From: a virus
Virus record (IMG/VR): IMGVR_UViG_3300030329_006034
Coordinates: 1 to 64,000 of that record
DNA: 64,000 nucleotides
Reading direction: 5' to 3' (one strand)
The notes below the pieces were generated by a model. That model did no database searches. It worked only from the letters and a program-made list of their open reading frames with translations, and was not told where the DNA came from. A program made the translations under genes and the position numbers. Positions 9,394 to 17,751 of the stretch are shown here, piece after piece (the stretch's first letter is position 1; each line of letters opens with the position of its first letter).

Positions 9394-10748
9394 GATCCAG
9401 GTTTTCCTGTTGCAAAGTTAGCTGCACTAAAATCTAACCGGTTTACAAGCTTAATAGGACCTGCATCACCGGCATTACTAACAGCGACGTATCCTTCAGG
9501 GTTTGTTACCTTCAGTACTCCATCTCCCTCATCGAGAAAATGCTTAGTGTTATAAACAGCATTGTCATATTTGTTAATAAAGATCTGTTTTGCCTGCGCT
9601 AAAAGGCTGCTTACTTTAAACAGATTAATAAAATTATCTCTTTGAGATTCAAATTCATTTATTTTAAGCTGTAAATTATCTTCCTTCTGTTGTTGTGCAT
9701 TTGCTTGTGCAGCAGTTTTAATTTCTTCTGGACTTTTCCATTTTTTCTGCTCTCTTTCCTTATACCAATCAATAAAGTCTCTATATGATTTTTCCGGATC
9801 CCTTATAAACTCTGGCGTCGGAACACCGTCTTTCTGACGCCTAAGCTCCGTGTTTAGATAAATTTTAATAAATTCCAACGGGAGGTCATTATAATTCACC
9901 TGTAATGTATCAGCAGTTTTAATTATATCCTTAATTTGTTTTGCTTCATCTTCAGTTAAGGATACCTGCCCTGTTAGTTCCTTAAAATAGGCATCATCAA
10001 CCCATAGACCTGGAACGTCTTTAAACTTTTTAACTATCCCCGTGGCCATCGGTCCCCATTTGTTAGAGTGCTGCTCTTTTTTTCCTAAAACTTTAGGAAA
10101 TTCTTCTGGTTTTCCGTGGAACTGGGTGTGAAACACAATACCAACCCCGTCATCTCTTATTTTGTCAGTTATTTGCCCACCAAGCTCTGAGTTAACCGGG
10201 ACAGCATATTTGATCGTATTCGGTTTAAACGTGTAGTGAGGCTCTCCGTCTATATCCTCAGGCTCCCCAACTAACTCTCGCCAAAACATATAATCACCCC
10301 ACAATACGTTATTACCCATCCCTAATTTTGGAAGTAATCTTAAAGCTTGTTTAAGCTTATCTGGTAGATCCGGCATTTTTTCACCCTCTTCATCGACACC
10401 ATCTTCTTCTTCCCGGGCCGGATGATTATAATCAATATCAGCTTCAGTATAGTTAATTTTAGGTTCCTTATTAAAGATAGACTTTGTTGCAACAAAGAAT
10501 TTACCGTTTACTGGATGTTTACCAGCAAAAATAGCAGGGGCCCCGTCCCATTTTACCGAAGTATTTATTTTTCTCTTACTTTTTCCCTGTAGATGACTGA
10601 GTAAGTTAGCTAAAGCCGTTCTAGCTTGGTCATAACCCTCTTGGCCTCTAAGAAGAACCAATTCTTCGAGGTGATCAATGTGACCAGGCTTACTCGCAGC
10701 CTCGGCAAGTAAGACATAATTTTCGAAATATAGTTTAAAGCTTTTCAT
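9390..10748 (-). CDS. Ligase-like nucleotidyltransferase-fold protein (DUF6267-like)
   Basis: HIDHLEE, VKWDGAPA (KxDG), FFVATKS, WGDYM, PEGYV, IKLVNR. Confidence 0.6.
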   Translation of the reverse strand: MKSFKLYFENYVLLAEAASKPGHIDHLEELVLLRGQEGYDQARTALANLLSHLQGKSKRKINTSVKWDGAPAIFAGKHPVNGKFFVATKSIFNKEPKINYTEADIDYNHPAREEEDGVDEEGEKMPDLPDKLKQALRLLPKLGMGNNVLWGDYMFWRELVGEPEDIDGEPHYTFKPNTIKYAVPVNSELGGQITDKIRDDGVGIVFHTQFHGKPEEFPKVLGKKEQHSNKWGPMATGIVKKFKDVPGLWVDDAYFKELTGQVSLTEDEAKQIKDIIKTADTLQVNYNDLPLEFIKIYLNTELRRQKDGVPTPEFIRDPEKSYRDFIDWYKEREQKKWKSPEEIKTAAQANAQQQKEDNLQLKINEFESQRDNFINLFKVSSLLAQAKQIFINKYDNAVYNTKHFLDEGDGVLKVTNPEGYVAVSNAGDAGPIKLVNRLDFSAANFATGKPGS

Positions 10749-10749
10749 T

Positions 10750-12267
10750 TTAGTAATATTCTATTTCCTCTTCTTCTATTTCGTCTATTTCTTCAGTCTC
10801 TTGTACGGGTTGTTGCACGTTAACTGATGTTGGCGTCATCCCAGCATAGCTACTCCCAAAGCCAATTCTAGGCCTAAGGTTAGATCTCCCAACCTTTTCA
10901 AATTTAACGCCTTGACCTGGGTTGTTAGCTGATGCTAGTAATCCCAGAGCCATCTGAAGAGGATTACCACTAACAAAAACATATCTACCGGTATTATCAC
11001 CCTTGGTACCAAAATCATGCGCCATAAAGTGCCCAAATCCTTCATCTTCAGCATATTCAATAAAATTAAGCAAGCCTATTCCATTTTGTATAGATGCTGG
11101 ATTACTTAAATCAAAAAGTCCTTTAGATTTTAATCGTTGGTAGTATGTATCAGTAGCTGTAAGCTCACCACTCTCTTTTAAGAAGGTTTTAAATATATCT
11201 TCAAACTTTTTTTGCTTTCTTGGGTCCGGACCAATCATCTCGTATGCTTTAGCTATAGCTATGGGCAAATTATTTAGACCGTCAACCCAGTCTTCTTCCG
11301 TTGGTCCAACTTGATACCCGTCTCCTGACTCACGAAACTCAACGTCGGCAACCTCTCCCATTTTGGCTAAACTTGCCGCTGTATGGCCTTTATGTTTATT
11401 ACTAATCTTATCCGGTCTCTCCCCCAAAGTAGCTCCCTCGCCTTTAATCTCAAACTCCACTCCATCTATTTCCAGATCACCCTTAACCTTTTCTTTCTTT
11501 GCGTTAGATAGGGCTACATGTGCTGCATCGAGATCGGTATATTCTGGCTCAGCTCCTGCCTCTTCAGCAGTCTTATTTGCTAATTTTATTCTCTCCTTAA
11601 TACCTCCTATAGTTAATTTATCTTTATGTCCTCTTGGTAGACTTGCGTTTAACTTCTTTTGTTCCTCTTTAGCATCGTTATATGCCTTTTGAGCCGCCGC
11701 CACTCTACCCTTTCTCTGCTGACCTCCTGCACTTACGTCTCCAAATATTAACGCTAGTGCGAGCTCACCCATTCCAACACCACGTCCACCTTCGTCTTGA
11801 CCAGTATGCTTCATAATAGCAGCAACCAAATCACGGTCTAACCCACCTCCTATTACGTCAAATATATTCATTTCCTCAATCTGTGTAGTTGGGAAGTTTA
11901 TTTGTGCTTCTGGTCTATTTAAATATTCTATAAATTGATCCCGTTGTTCTTTAGGTATGTTTACTAGTAACTGTTGGACGTCATTACTAAATTTCTTAAA
12001 TATTAACGGACTATATCCTTTACCGCTTAACGACTTTTTAATATTTTTATATGTAGGGAAATTATAAATCTGGTTGAGTAAATATTGTGCTTCCTTTATA
12101 TCTTCTAGCTTTAATCCGTCAATCGCTTGTTGAATCTCTGCCTTTAAGGCATCTATATCCGGTTCTGCTTGCTCTTCTACATCCTCTCCTAACACGCGAA
12201 GATGTCTACGCGGTGGAACATTACCACGTACCTGCTGACTATAAATTTTTTCTAATGACCACTGCAT
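10750..12267 (-). CDS. Putative PD-(D/E)xK nuclease-domain protein
   Basis: GMGELAL...KGDLEIDGVEFEIKG pattern. Confidence 0.45.
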   Translation of the reverse strand: MQWSLEKIYSQQVRGNVPPRRHLRVLGEDVEEQAEPDIDALKAEIQQAIDGLKLEDIKEAQYLLNQIYNFPTYKNIKKSLSGKGYSPLIFKKFSNDVQQLLVNIPKEQRDQFIEYLNRPEAQINFPTTQIEEMNIFDVIGGGLDRDLVAAIMKHTGQDEGGRGVGMGELALALIFGDVSAGGQQRKGRVAAAQKAYNDAKEEQKKLNASLPRGHKDKLTIGGIKERIKLANKTAEEAGAEPEYTDLDAAHVALSNAKKEKVKGDLEIDGVEFEIKGEGATLGERPDKISNKHKGHTAASLAKMGEVADVEFRESGDGYQVGPTEEDWVDGLNNLPIAIAKAYEMIGPDPRKQKKFEDIFKTFLKESGELTATDTYYQRLKSKGLFDLSNPASIQNGIGLLNFIEYAEDEGFGHFMAHDFGTKGDNTGRYVFVSGNPLQMALGLLASANNPGQGVKFEKVGRSNLRPRIGFGSSYAGMTPTSVNVQQPVQETEEIDEIEEEEIEYY

Positions 12268-12271
12268 AGTA

Positions 12272-12865
12272 TTATTCGGTATCTATTTTTATATCTTGAA
12301 GTTCATCGGCAATACCTTCATCTGAAAATTGTAGCAATCTTTGTACTGTTTCAATTACCTTCATTGGATTTGTTTTAGAATAGTCTTTACTCACAGCATT
12401 AGCAGTTGCTGAGCCTTCAGGTTTCGGCCTATATCTAAATGCATTAGCTAGGACTTGTGCAAAGTATATTTCATCTTCCGGGGTAAGCCCTGCCTTACCT
12501 TTAATACCAGGTCCTCTTGCATATACAGTTCTTAATTGAATAGGTAACCTTGAAATAACGTTTTTAATTACAGATCTAGGGTTAATATCTGGCGTAGCTG
12601 GTGGTTCATTATGTGTACCGACTAATAATAGTTCTATTTCTTCGATTGCATCTTTATCCTTATCTGTCGGGGGGTAAACAAATGCAGCTGCTATTAATTC
12701 AGCCATAGATTGTAACGCCGGGCTCGGTGGTTCCTCTTCCACCTCCACATCAACATTAACATCTGTCTCCTGAACCTTGTCAACTTCACCGATCTCACCC
12801 ATTTCGTCGACATCTTGTTCGACAAACATGTTCATATACTGTTCTATTAATTTTAAAGTCTTCAT
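12272..12865 (-). CDS. Hypothetical acidic late protein
   Basis: 197-aa ORF, MKTLKLIEQ N-terminus, internal duplication (AAAFVYPP / ANAFRYRP). Confidence 0.65.
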   Translation of the reverse strand: MKTLKLIEQYMNMFVEQDVDEMGEIGEVDKVQETDVNVDVEVEEEPPSPALQSMAELIAAAFVYPPTDKDKDAIEEIELLLVGTHNEPPATPDINPRSVIKNVISRLPIQLRTVYARGPGIKGKAGLTPEDEIYFAQVLANAFRYRPKPEGSATANAVSKDYSKTNPMKVIETVQRLLQFSDEGIADELQDIKIDTE

Positions 12866-13197
12866 TACATTTTTGCAGCCATTTGTTTTAACATCGCTGT
12901 ATCATTAGCATATGTTTGAAAAATTTCGCCCTCTGTTTCCATTCTATCCTTTACAAGTTCTGCTGCCTCGGGGTTTGTCTGCGCCATAGCTTCAACCGGT
13001 CCCTGGTTATCTTCTACTGGGTGAAATACATCACCTATAGCAGCCCATAAATCCCCAGCAGCGCTGTGACCATCAATCTCTCTTACAAGGGTCTCATTAA
13101 CATCCCCGGTTTCATTCCTCATAGTTAGAGTAAATGTATATCTAGCAGCTGCAGCATCTGGGTTATTGTCTTCTATAAGTCTAAGAAACTTGCGCAT
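12865..13197 (-). CDS. Hypothetical late protein
   Basis: 110-aa ORF, MRKFLRLIE; ATAAATA 5 nt upstream. Confidence 0.65.
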   Translation of the reverse strand: MRKFLRLIEDNNPDAAAARYTFTLTMRNETGDVNETLVREIDGHSAAGDLWAAIGDVFHPVEDNQGPVEAMAQTNPEAAELVKDRMETEGEIFQTYANDTAMLKQMAAKM

Positions 13198-13205
13198 GTA
13201 TATAT

Positions 13206-13700
13206 TTATGGAAGTAGCGAGAGTTTTATATTCATATTTGATAGAAACTCCTCTTCTATTTGCTGTAATTCGTATCTTCGAAGAAAAAGCCTAAACTTAT
13301 AAAAAGAAACCGTAGAGGTATCCTTTTTATTAAAGGACATATAGTCTCTTTCTTCTAAAAACGTATTAAAACTCTCTTTACTATATGTAATATTAGTAGG
13401 GAGCGCATTAAACAATCTCTTAACTAGTGTATGTTCTATAGAACTACCGTCAGTCTTGTAGTAAAACCACTTTTTGGTTTTGTTTTTAGAGCAAACCTTA
13501 ATAAGCTCCTTAACTATGAAGTGAATACCGAGCTTGTTTTTGTCTTTTCTAGTTAATTTAAGCTCGTTTTCAGTTATATACAACAGATATTCATTAAAAG
13601 ACCTTGCTAGACACTTGTTAAGATCAATAAACACAAAACCACGTACTGGATCACTTACGCCTTCCAATTCTGACGTTAATAATTCCGTTGTAGTAGTCAT
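13206..13700 (-). CDS. Hypothetical protein
   Basis: 164-aa ORF in a contiguous minus-strand run. Confidence 0.6.
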   Translation of the reverse strand: MTTTTELLTSELEGVSDPVRGFVFIDLNKCLARSFNEYLLYITENELKLTRKDKNKLGIHFIVKELIKVCSKNKTKKWFYYKTDGSSIEHTLVKRLFNALPTNITYSKESFNTFLEERDYMSFNKKDTSTVSFYKFRLFLRRYELQQIEEEFLSNMNIKLSLLP

Positions 13701-14049
13701 CTCTTAACAATACTTCCTCTTCAAATTGTAGTTTAGTTTCATGATAACTCAACTCCCACTTTGAATCACACCATCTGAGGATTTCAAACTTAAAATTACC
13801 CTTTCCGAGTATTCTTATATGCTCATTAAGCTGGTTTGATGAAGATGTATACGTTTTCCAATCAGTTTCTATTTCTACGCGTCGTTTATTCTTTTTTCCC
13901 TTTAAAGGCGGACGCTTTCTAATAGACTTACACTGTTTCTTACCAATATACTTCTTGTCATTAGTAAGATTAGTTATCTTATAAATGAAACCGTAAGGTA
14001 GGTCTACGCCTTCTTCGAGTATCCCCTCCCAATGTCCTAAATCACTCAC
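13651..14049 (-). CDS. Small GIY-YIG endonuclease
   Basis: YGFIYKITN...KYIGKK, conserved E, YYN. Confidence 0.8.
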   Translation of the reverse strand: MSDLGHWEGILEEGVDLPYGFIYKITNLTNDKKYIGKKQCKSIRKRPPLKGKKNKRRVEIETDWKTYTSSSNQLNEHIRILGKGNFKFEILRWCDSKWELSYHETKLQFEEEVLLRDDYYNGIINVRIGRRK

Positions 14050-14058
14050 TCTTCTTTT

Positions 14059-14394
14059 CTACTTCCTCTGAGGAACCTCTTCTCCCTCTTCACCAGTTAA
14101 AAACACCCCATCTAAACCATCAGTTTTCTTCTTTTTCTTGTTTTTCTTGCCGCCGGTAGTCTTACCACCTGTAGTCCCTTTACGTGTTTGAACTTTTCCT
14201 AGAGGTTTATAGATCTTAGCATCACCCTGTGCATATGTATCACCAGAGTTAATATTTTGAGCAGCAGCATTAGGACCATAAACTGTATGCATAGTCGGTC
14301 CATCTCCAAACGCGCTACCGGTCCCAGCACCTGAGGTCATACTCTCTCTTAGTGCTTTAAAAAATAACTTCTCAAATCTACCGGTTGATTCCAT
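14059..14394 (-). CDS. Hypothetical Gly/Lys-rich late protein
   Basis: 111-aa ORF; TATAAATA 8 nt upstream. Confidence 0.6.
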   Translation of the reverse strand: MESTGRFEKLFFKALRESMTSGAGTGSAFGDGPTMHTVYGPNAAAQNINSGDTYAQGDAKIYKPLGKVQTRKGTTGGKTTGGKKNKKKKKTDGLDGVFLTGEEGEEVPQRK

Positions 14395-14412
14395 GCTACT
14401 TATATTTATAAT
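14385..14412. promoter_or_regulatory. Overlapping divergent promoters: T4 late TATAAATA (-) and sigma70-like (+, uvsY)
   Basis: Minus TATAAATA at 14410-14403; plus TTGATT(14385)-N16-TATAAT(14407)-N6-ATG, around a 24-bp intergenic gap. Confidence 0.7.
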
Positions 14413-14418
14413 ATATAG

Positions 14419-14814
14419 ATGGAATTGCTAAAAAAGTATATTGAAGAGATTACTAAAGATCTTCAATTGGACGACTTTAACATTAAAGAAGCACAAATGA
14501 GACTACCCGCTCGTAAGCATTTCTGGGTAGCGCGATTAATAGAATCAAAAATTAAACGCAATTCGTTGTTTAGAGATAAAAAGCAGCTTAAAAAAGAAGT
14601 AGTAAAGAAGGTTATATCCGATTCTCCGGTAAGAATCAGTCAATCAGCAGCAGAATCAGCAGCAGAACGTCATGAGTCTATTAGCAAGTTGAATGTATCT
14701 ATTTCAGAACAAGACGCTATTATCGAATATCTTGAAAAAGTGGAAAAGATAATGGGTCAAATGCACTGGGAAATAAAAAACATTATCGATATTAATAAAA
14801 TGGAGCAACTTTAA
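14419..14814 (+). CDS. uvsY: Recombination mediator UvsY-like
   Basis: 131-aa helical protein ending IKNIID, directly upstream of uvsW. Confidence 0.7.
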   Translation: MELLKKYIEEITKDLQLDDFNIKEAQMRLPARKHFWVARLIESKIKRNSLFRDKKQLKKEVVKKVISDSPVRISQSAAESAAERHESISKLNVSISEQDAIIEYLEKVEKIMGQMHWEIKNIIDINKMEQL

Positions 14815-16250
14815 TGCTTACTTTCGATTATAGCCCCGGAAAGAGAAAGATTCAGTTAAAAACTGACGATACAGACCTATTTGATCGATTAAGGGAGCAT
14901 TTTAGTGTTGAAAATGAAGGTGCTAGGTTTGCTCGATATAGGGGGAGATTTGCGGCTCGTCGTAAATATGCAATAACAGGTACTGGAGCATGTGAAGTAG
15001 GGCTATATTGGGAAATTCGACAGTATCTTATAAGCAATCAGATTAAAATTGATGTCGAAGTTACTGATAAACTACAAAAAGTACTCAAAGTCGGTAGAGA
15101 CATTAATCTTTTTAAAGACTTTACCTTAACTTTACGAGAATACCAAGAGGATGTTATTAAGAGAGCACTAAAACTTGGTAGAGGTACGTGTGTTTTAGGT
15201 ACCGGCGCTGGTAAAACACTTACAACTGCCGCTCTTATTGAGAATTACTTTAGATCCTGCCCAGATAAAGACACTTTTAAGTGTGTCGTGCTGGTTCCTG
15301 ACTTAGGACTAGTAACACAAACGTATGATGAGTTCATGAACAGTGGTACTACCTTTAAACTTACTAAGTGGACAGGCAAGACAAAGCCAGATCTAACAGC
15401 TAACGTTATTATATGTAATATTGGCATAGTTCAAAGTCAGTTTGATGCGAATGATTGGTTAAAGTATGTAGATTTACTTATAGTTGATGAATGTCACAAG
15501 ATAAAAGCGTCAAACAAGATTAGCAAAATAGTATCTAAGATTACAACACACAACAAATATGGGTTTACAGGCACACTTCCGGAGAATAACTTAGATAAAT
15601 GGTCGATTATAGGTAAATTAGGGCCTGTAATATATGAAAAAACGAGTTATGAGTTAAGATTAGAGGATTATTTGGCGAATGTTAATGTAAAGGTGCTAAA
15701 TCTTGAGTATAGCACACCTCCAAGATACCTTTCTGACAATGCATATAGGGAAGAGTTAGATTTTATTTATGAAAGTGATTTTCGTAACACGTTTCTAACT
15801 AAATTATGCGGTAAATTAGAGAATAATACACTTATACTCGTTAATCATATTGCTCATGGGCACCATCTTCAAGATTACCTTACTGATTGTAAAAATAAAC
15901 AAGTATACTTTATTAAAGGTGAGGTTGAAGTAGAAGAGCGTGAAAAAATAAAGAAAATAATGGAAAAAGATGCTAATGTTGTGTGTATCGCTATAAGTGC
16001 TATATTTTCGACAGGTGTTAACATTAAAAATCTTCATAACATTATTTTTGCATCGGGAGGTAAGTCTTTTATACGGACAGTCCAGTCGATTGGTAGAGGT
16101 CTCCGAAAACACGCCTCAAAAAACAAGCTTATTATATTCGATATATGTGATCGATTAAGATACGGCATAAGACACTGCGAGAAACGTAAAGAAATTTACG
16201 AAAGAGAGAAAATAAAGTACACCGACACTAATATCGTTGAAAAATCTTAA
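14814..16250 (+). CDS. uvsW: SF2 DNA helicase UvsW
   Basis: LREYQ, GTGAGKT, DECH, GFTGT, STGVNI, QSIGRGLR. Confidence 0.9.
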   Translation: MLTFDYSPGKRKIQLKTDDTDLFDRLREHFSVENEGARFARYRGRFAARRKYAITGTGACEVGLYWEIRQYLISNQIKIDVEVTDKLQKVLKVGRDINLFKDFTLTLREYQEDVIKRALKLGRGTCVLGTGAGKTLTTAALIENYFRSCPDKDTFKCVVLVPDLGLVTQTYDEFMNSGTTFKLTKWTGKTKPDLTANVIICNIGIVQSQFDANDWLKYVDLLIVDECHKIKASNKISKIVSKITTHNKYGFTGTLPENNLDKWSIIGKLGPVIYEKTSYELRLEDYLANVNVKVLNLEYSTPPRYLSDNAYREELDFIYESDFRNTFLTKLCGKLENNTLILVNHIAHGHHLQDYLTDCKNKQVYFIKGEVEVEEREKIKKIMEKDANVVCIAISAIFSTGVNIKNLHNIIFASGGKSFIRTVQSIGRGLRKHASKNKLIIFDICDRLRYGIRHCEKRKEIYEREKIKYTDTNIVEKS

Positions 16251-16264
16251 ACTTATACTATAAT
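16237..16264 (+). promoter_or_regulatory. sigma70-like promoter of gp55 operon
   Basis: TTGAAA-N16-TATAAT-N7-ATG. Confidence 0.65.
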
Positions 16265-16271
16265 TTTACAA

Positions 16272-16712
16272 ATGGCCGAAAAAAAAGAAAAGAAACCATA
16301 TTATATAGAACCCAAAGTCTTTAAAGCGTCGTTACAAAAGTACTATGACACAGATATTCTTACTGACGACTTAGCAGAAAACATTAAAAAAATTGCTTAT
16401 GGGTTAAGTTACAATGCATCATTTATCAATTATACCTATAAAGACGATATGATTGGTGATGCTCTTATTAAAATGTATTCAGCTTTAAAACATAAGAAGT
16501 TTAACTTCGAAAAAGCAACTAATCCATTTTCATACTTTACAACAATTGCTTATCATGCCTTTATTAATCGTATTAAGAAGGAAAAAAAGCATCATGAAGC
16601 TGTTACAAAGTATAAAGAGCGAGTATACGAAGATTTTATGTCTAACCCTGAAAATACACACGGACACGTGTACGTAAAACCACCTGACGAGGAAAATTCT
16701 TTTGAAGATTAG
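16272..16712 (+). CDS. gp55: Late-transcription sigma factor gp55
   Basis: FINYTYKDDMIGDA, NPFSYFTTIAYHAFINRIKKEKK. Confidence 0.9.
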   Translation: MAEKKEKKPYYIEPKVFKASLQKYYDTDILTDDLAENIKKIAYGLSYNASFINYTYKDDMIGDALIKMYSALKHKKFNFEKATNPFSYFTTIAYHAFINRIKKEKKHHEAVTKYKERVYEDFMSNPENTHGHVYVKPPDEENSFED

Positions 16713-17751
16713 TAAGCCTAGAGTTGCTATTTTTTCAGATCTTCATTTAGGCGTCCATTCGAACAGTTCTGACTGGCATAATTATGCAGTAGAGTGGGCT
16801 CATTGGTTTAAAGAAGAGTGTAAGCGAAAAAATATCAAAGATTTAATCTTCTGTGGTGATTGGCACCATAATAGAAGTGAGATATCTGTTAATACGCTGC
16901 AAATATCTGCAGATATTTTAGATATATTGTCTGAATTTAATATTATCGCCATTACTGGTAATCATGATATATATTACAAGCATAGAACAGACGTTAATTC
17001 CTTATCTGTTTTTAAAAAGCGTAAAAATGTCACTATATTAGACACGTTTGATACGATTGAAGCGTTTGATCGTACTATTACCTTTTGTCCATGGAACACA
17101 AACATAAAAGAAATACCTGAAAGCGATATTCTCTTTGGTCATTTTGAGATAGAAACTTTTAAGATGAATTCTTACAAGGTTTGCGAAGAAGGACTTAAGG
17201 TTAAAGATTTACTTAAAAAGAGTCCCCTAGTAATCTCCGGACATTTCCATACAAGACATGAAAAGAAGTTTGGTAAAGGTACTATTCTATATGTTGGCAA
17301 CCCGTTTCAGATGGATTTTGGTGACACTGGTAACCAAAAAGGGTATTATATATTAGATTTAGACACTCTAGAGTATGACTTTACGCCAAATAACATATCT
17401 CCAAACTATAAAAAGATTTCCCTTAGTGAATTAGTTAGAGAAGGTGAAATAACCAAACAGGTTGTAAATTTATTTGCTGGTAATATTGCCCGCTTAAAGG
17501 TTGATATGAATATATCACAAGCTGATATGGATATATTGCTTAAAAAATTAACCTTACTTAAACCTGAGGTATTGACCGTTGATTATGATATAAATTTCAA
17601 CCGCTTACTTGATGATACAGAAAATAAAGAAGACCTATCCGGGATTGACATACCTCAAGCTATAGAAGAGTTTGTAAATCTCCTTGAAATTAAGAATAAA
17701 AAAGAGATAATAAAATACACTCTTGGTTTATATGAAAAAAGTAAACTTTAA
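16702..17751 (+). CDS. gp47: Recombination nuclease subunit gp47 (Mre11/SbcD)
   Basis: SDLHLG, GDWHH, GNHD, GHFE, SGHFH. Confidence 0.92.
   Translation: MKISKPRVAIFSDLHLGVHSNSSDWHNYAVEWAHWFKEECKRKNIKDLIFCGDWHHNRSEISVNTLQISADILDILSEFNIIAITGNHDIYYKHRTDVNSLSVFKKRKNVTILDTFDTIEAFDRTITFCPWNTNIKEIPESDILFGHFEIETFKMNSYKVCEEGLKVKDLLKKSPLVISGHFHTRHEKKFGKGTILYVGNPFQMDFGDTGNQKGYYILDLDTLEYDFTPNNISPNYKKISLSELVREGEITKQVVNLFAGNIARLKVDMNISQADMDILLKKLTLLKPEVLTVDYDINFNRLLDDTENKEDLSGIDIPQAIEEFVNLLEIKNKKEIIKYTLGLYEKSKL

Noticed and set aside
13651-14049. Mobile homing endonuclease or intron
   Set aside because: It is a catalytic GIY-YIG domain only, with no DNA-binding extension, and it does not interrupt a gene; no intron or intein is evident in gp43, gp41 or uvsX.
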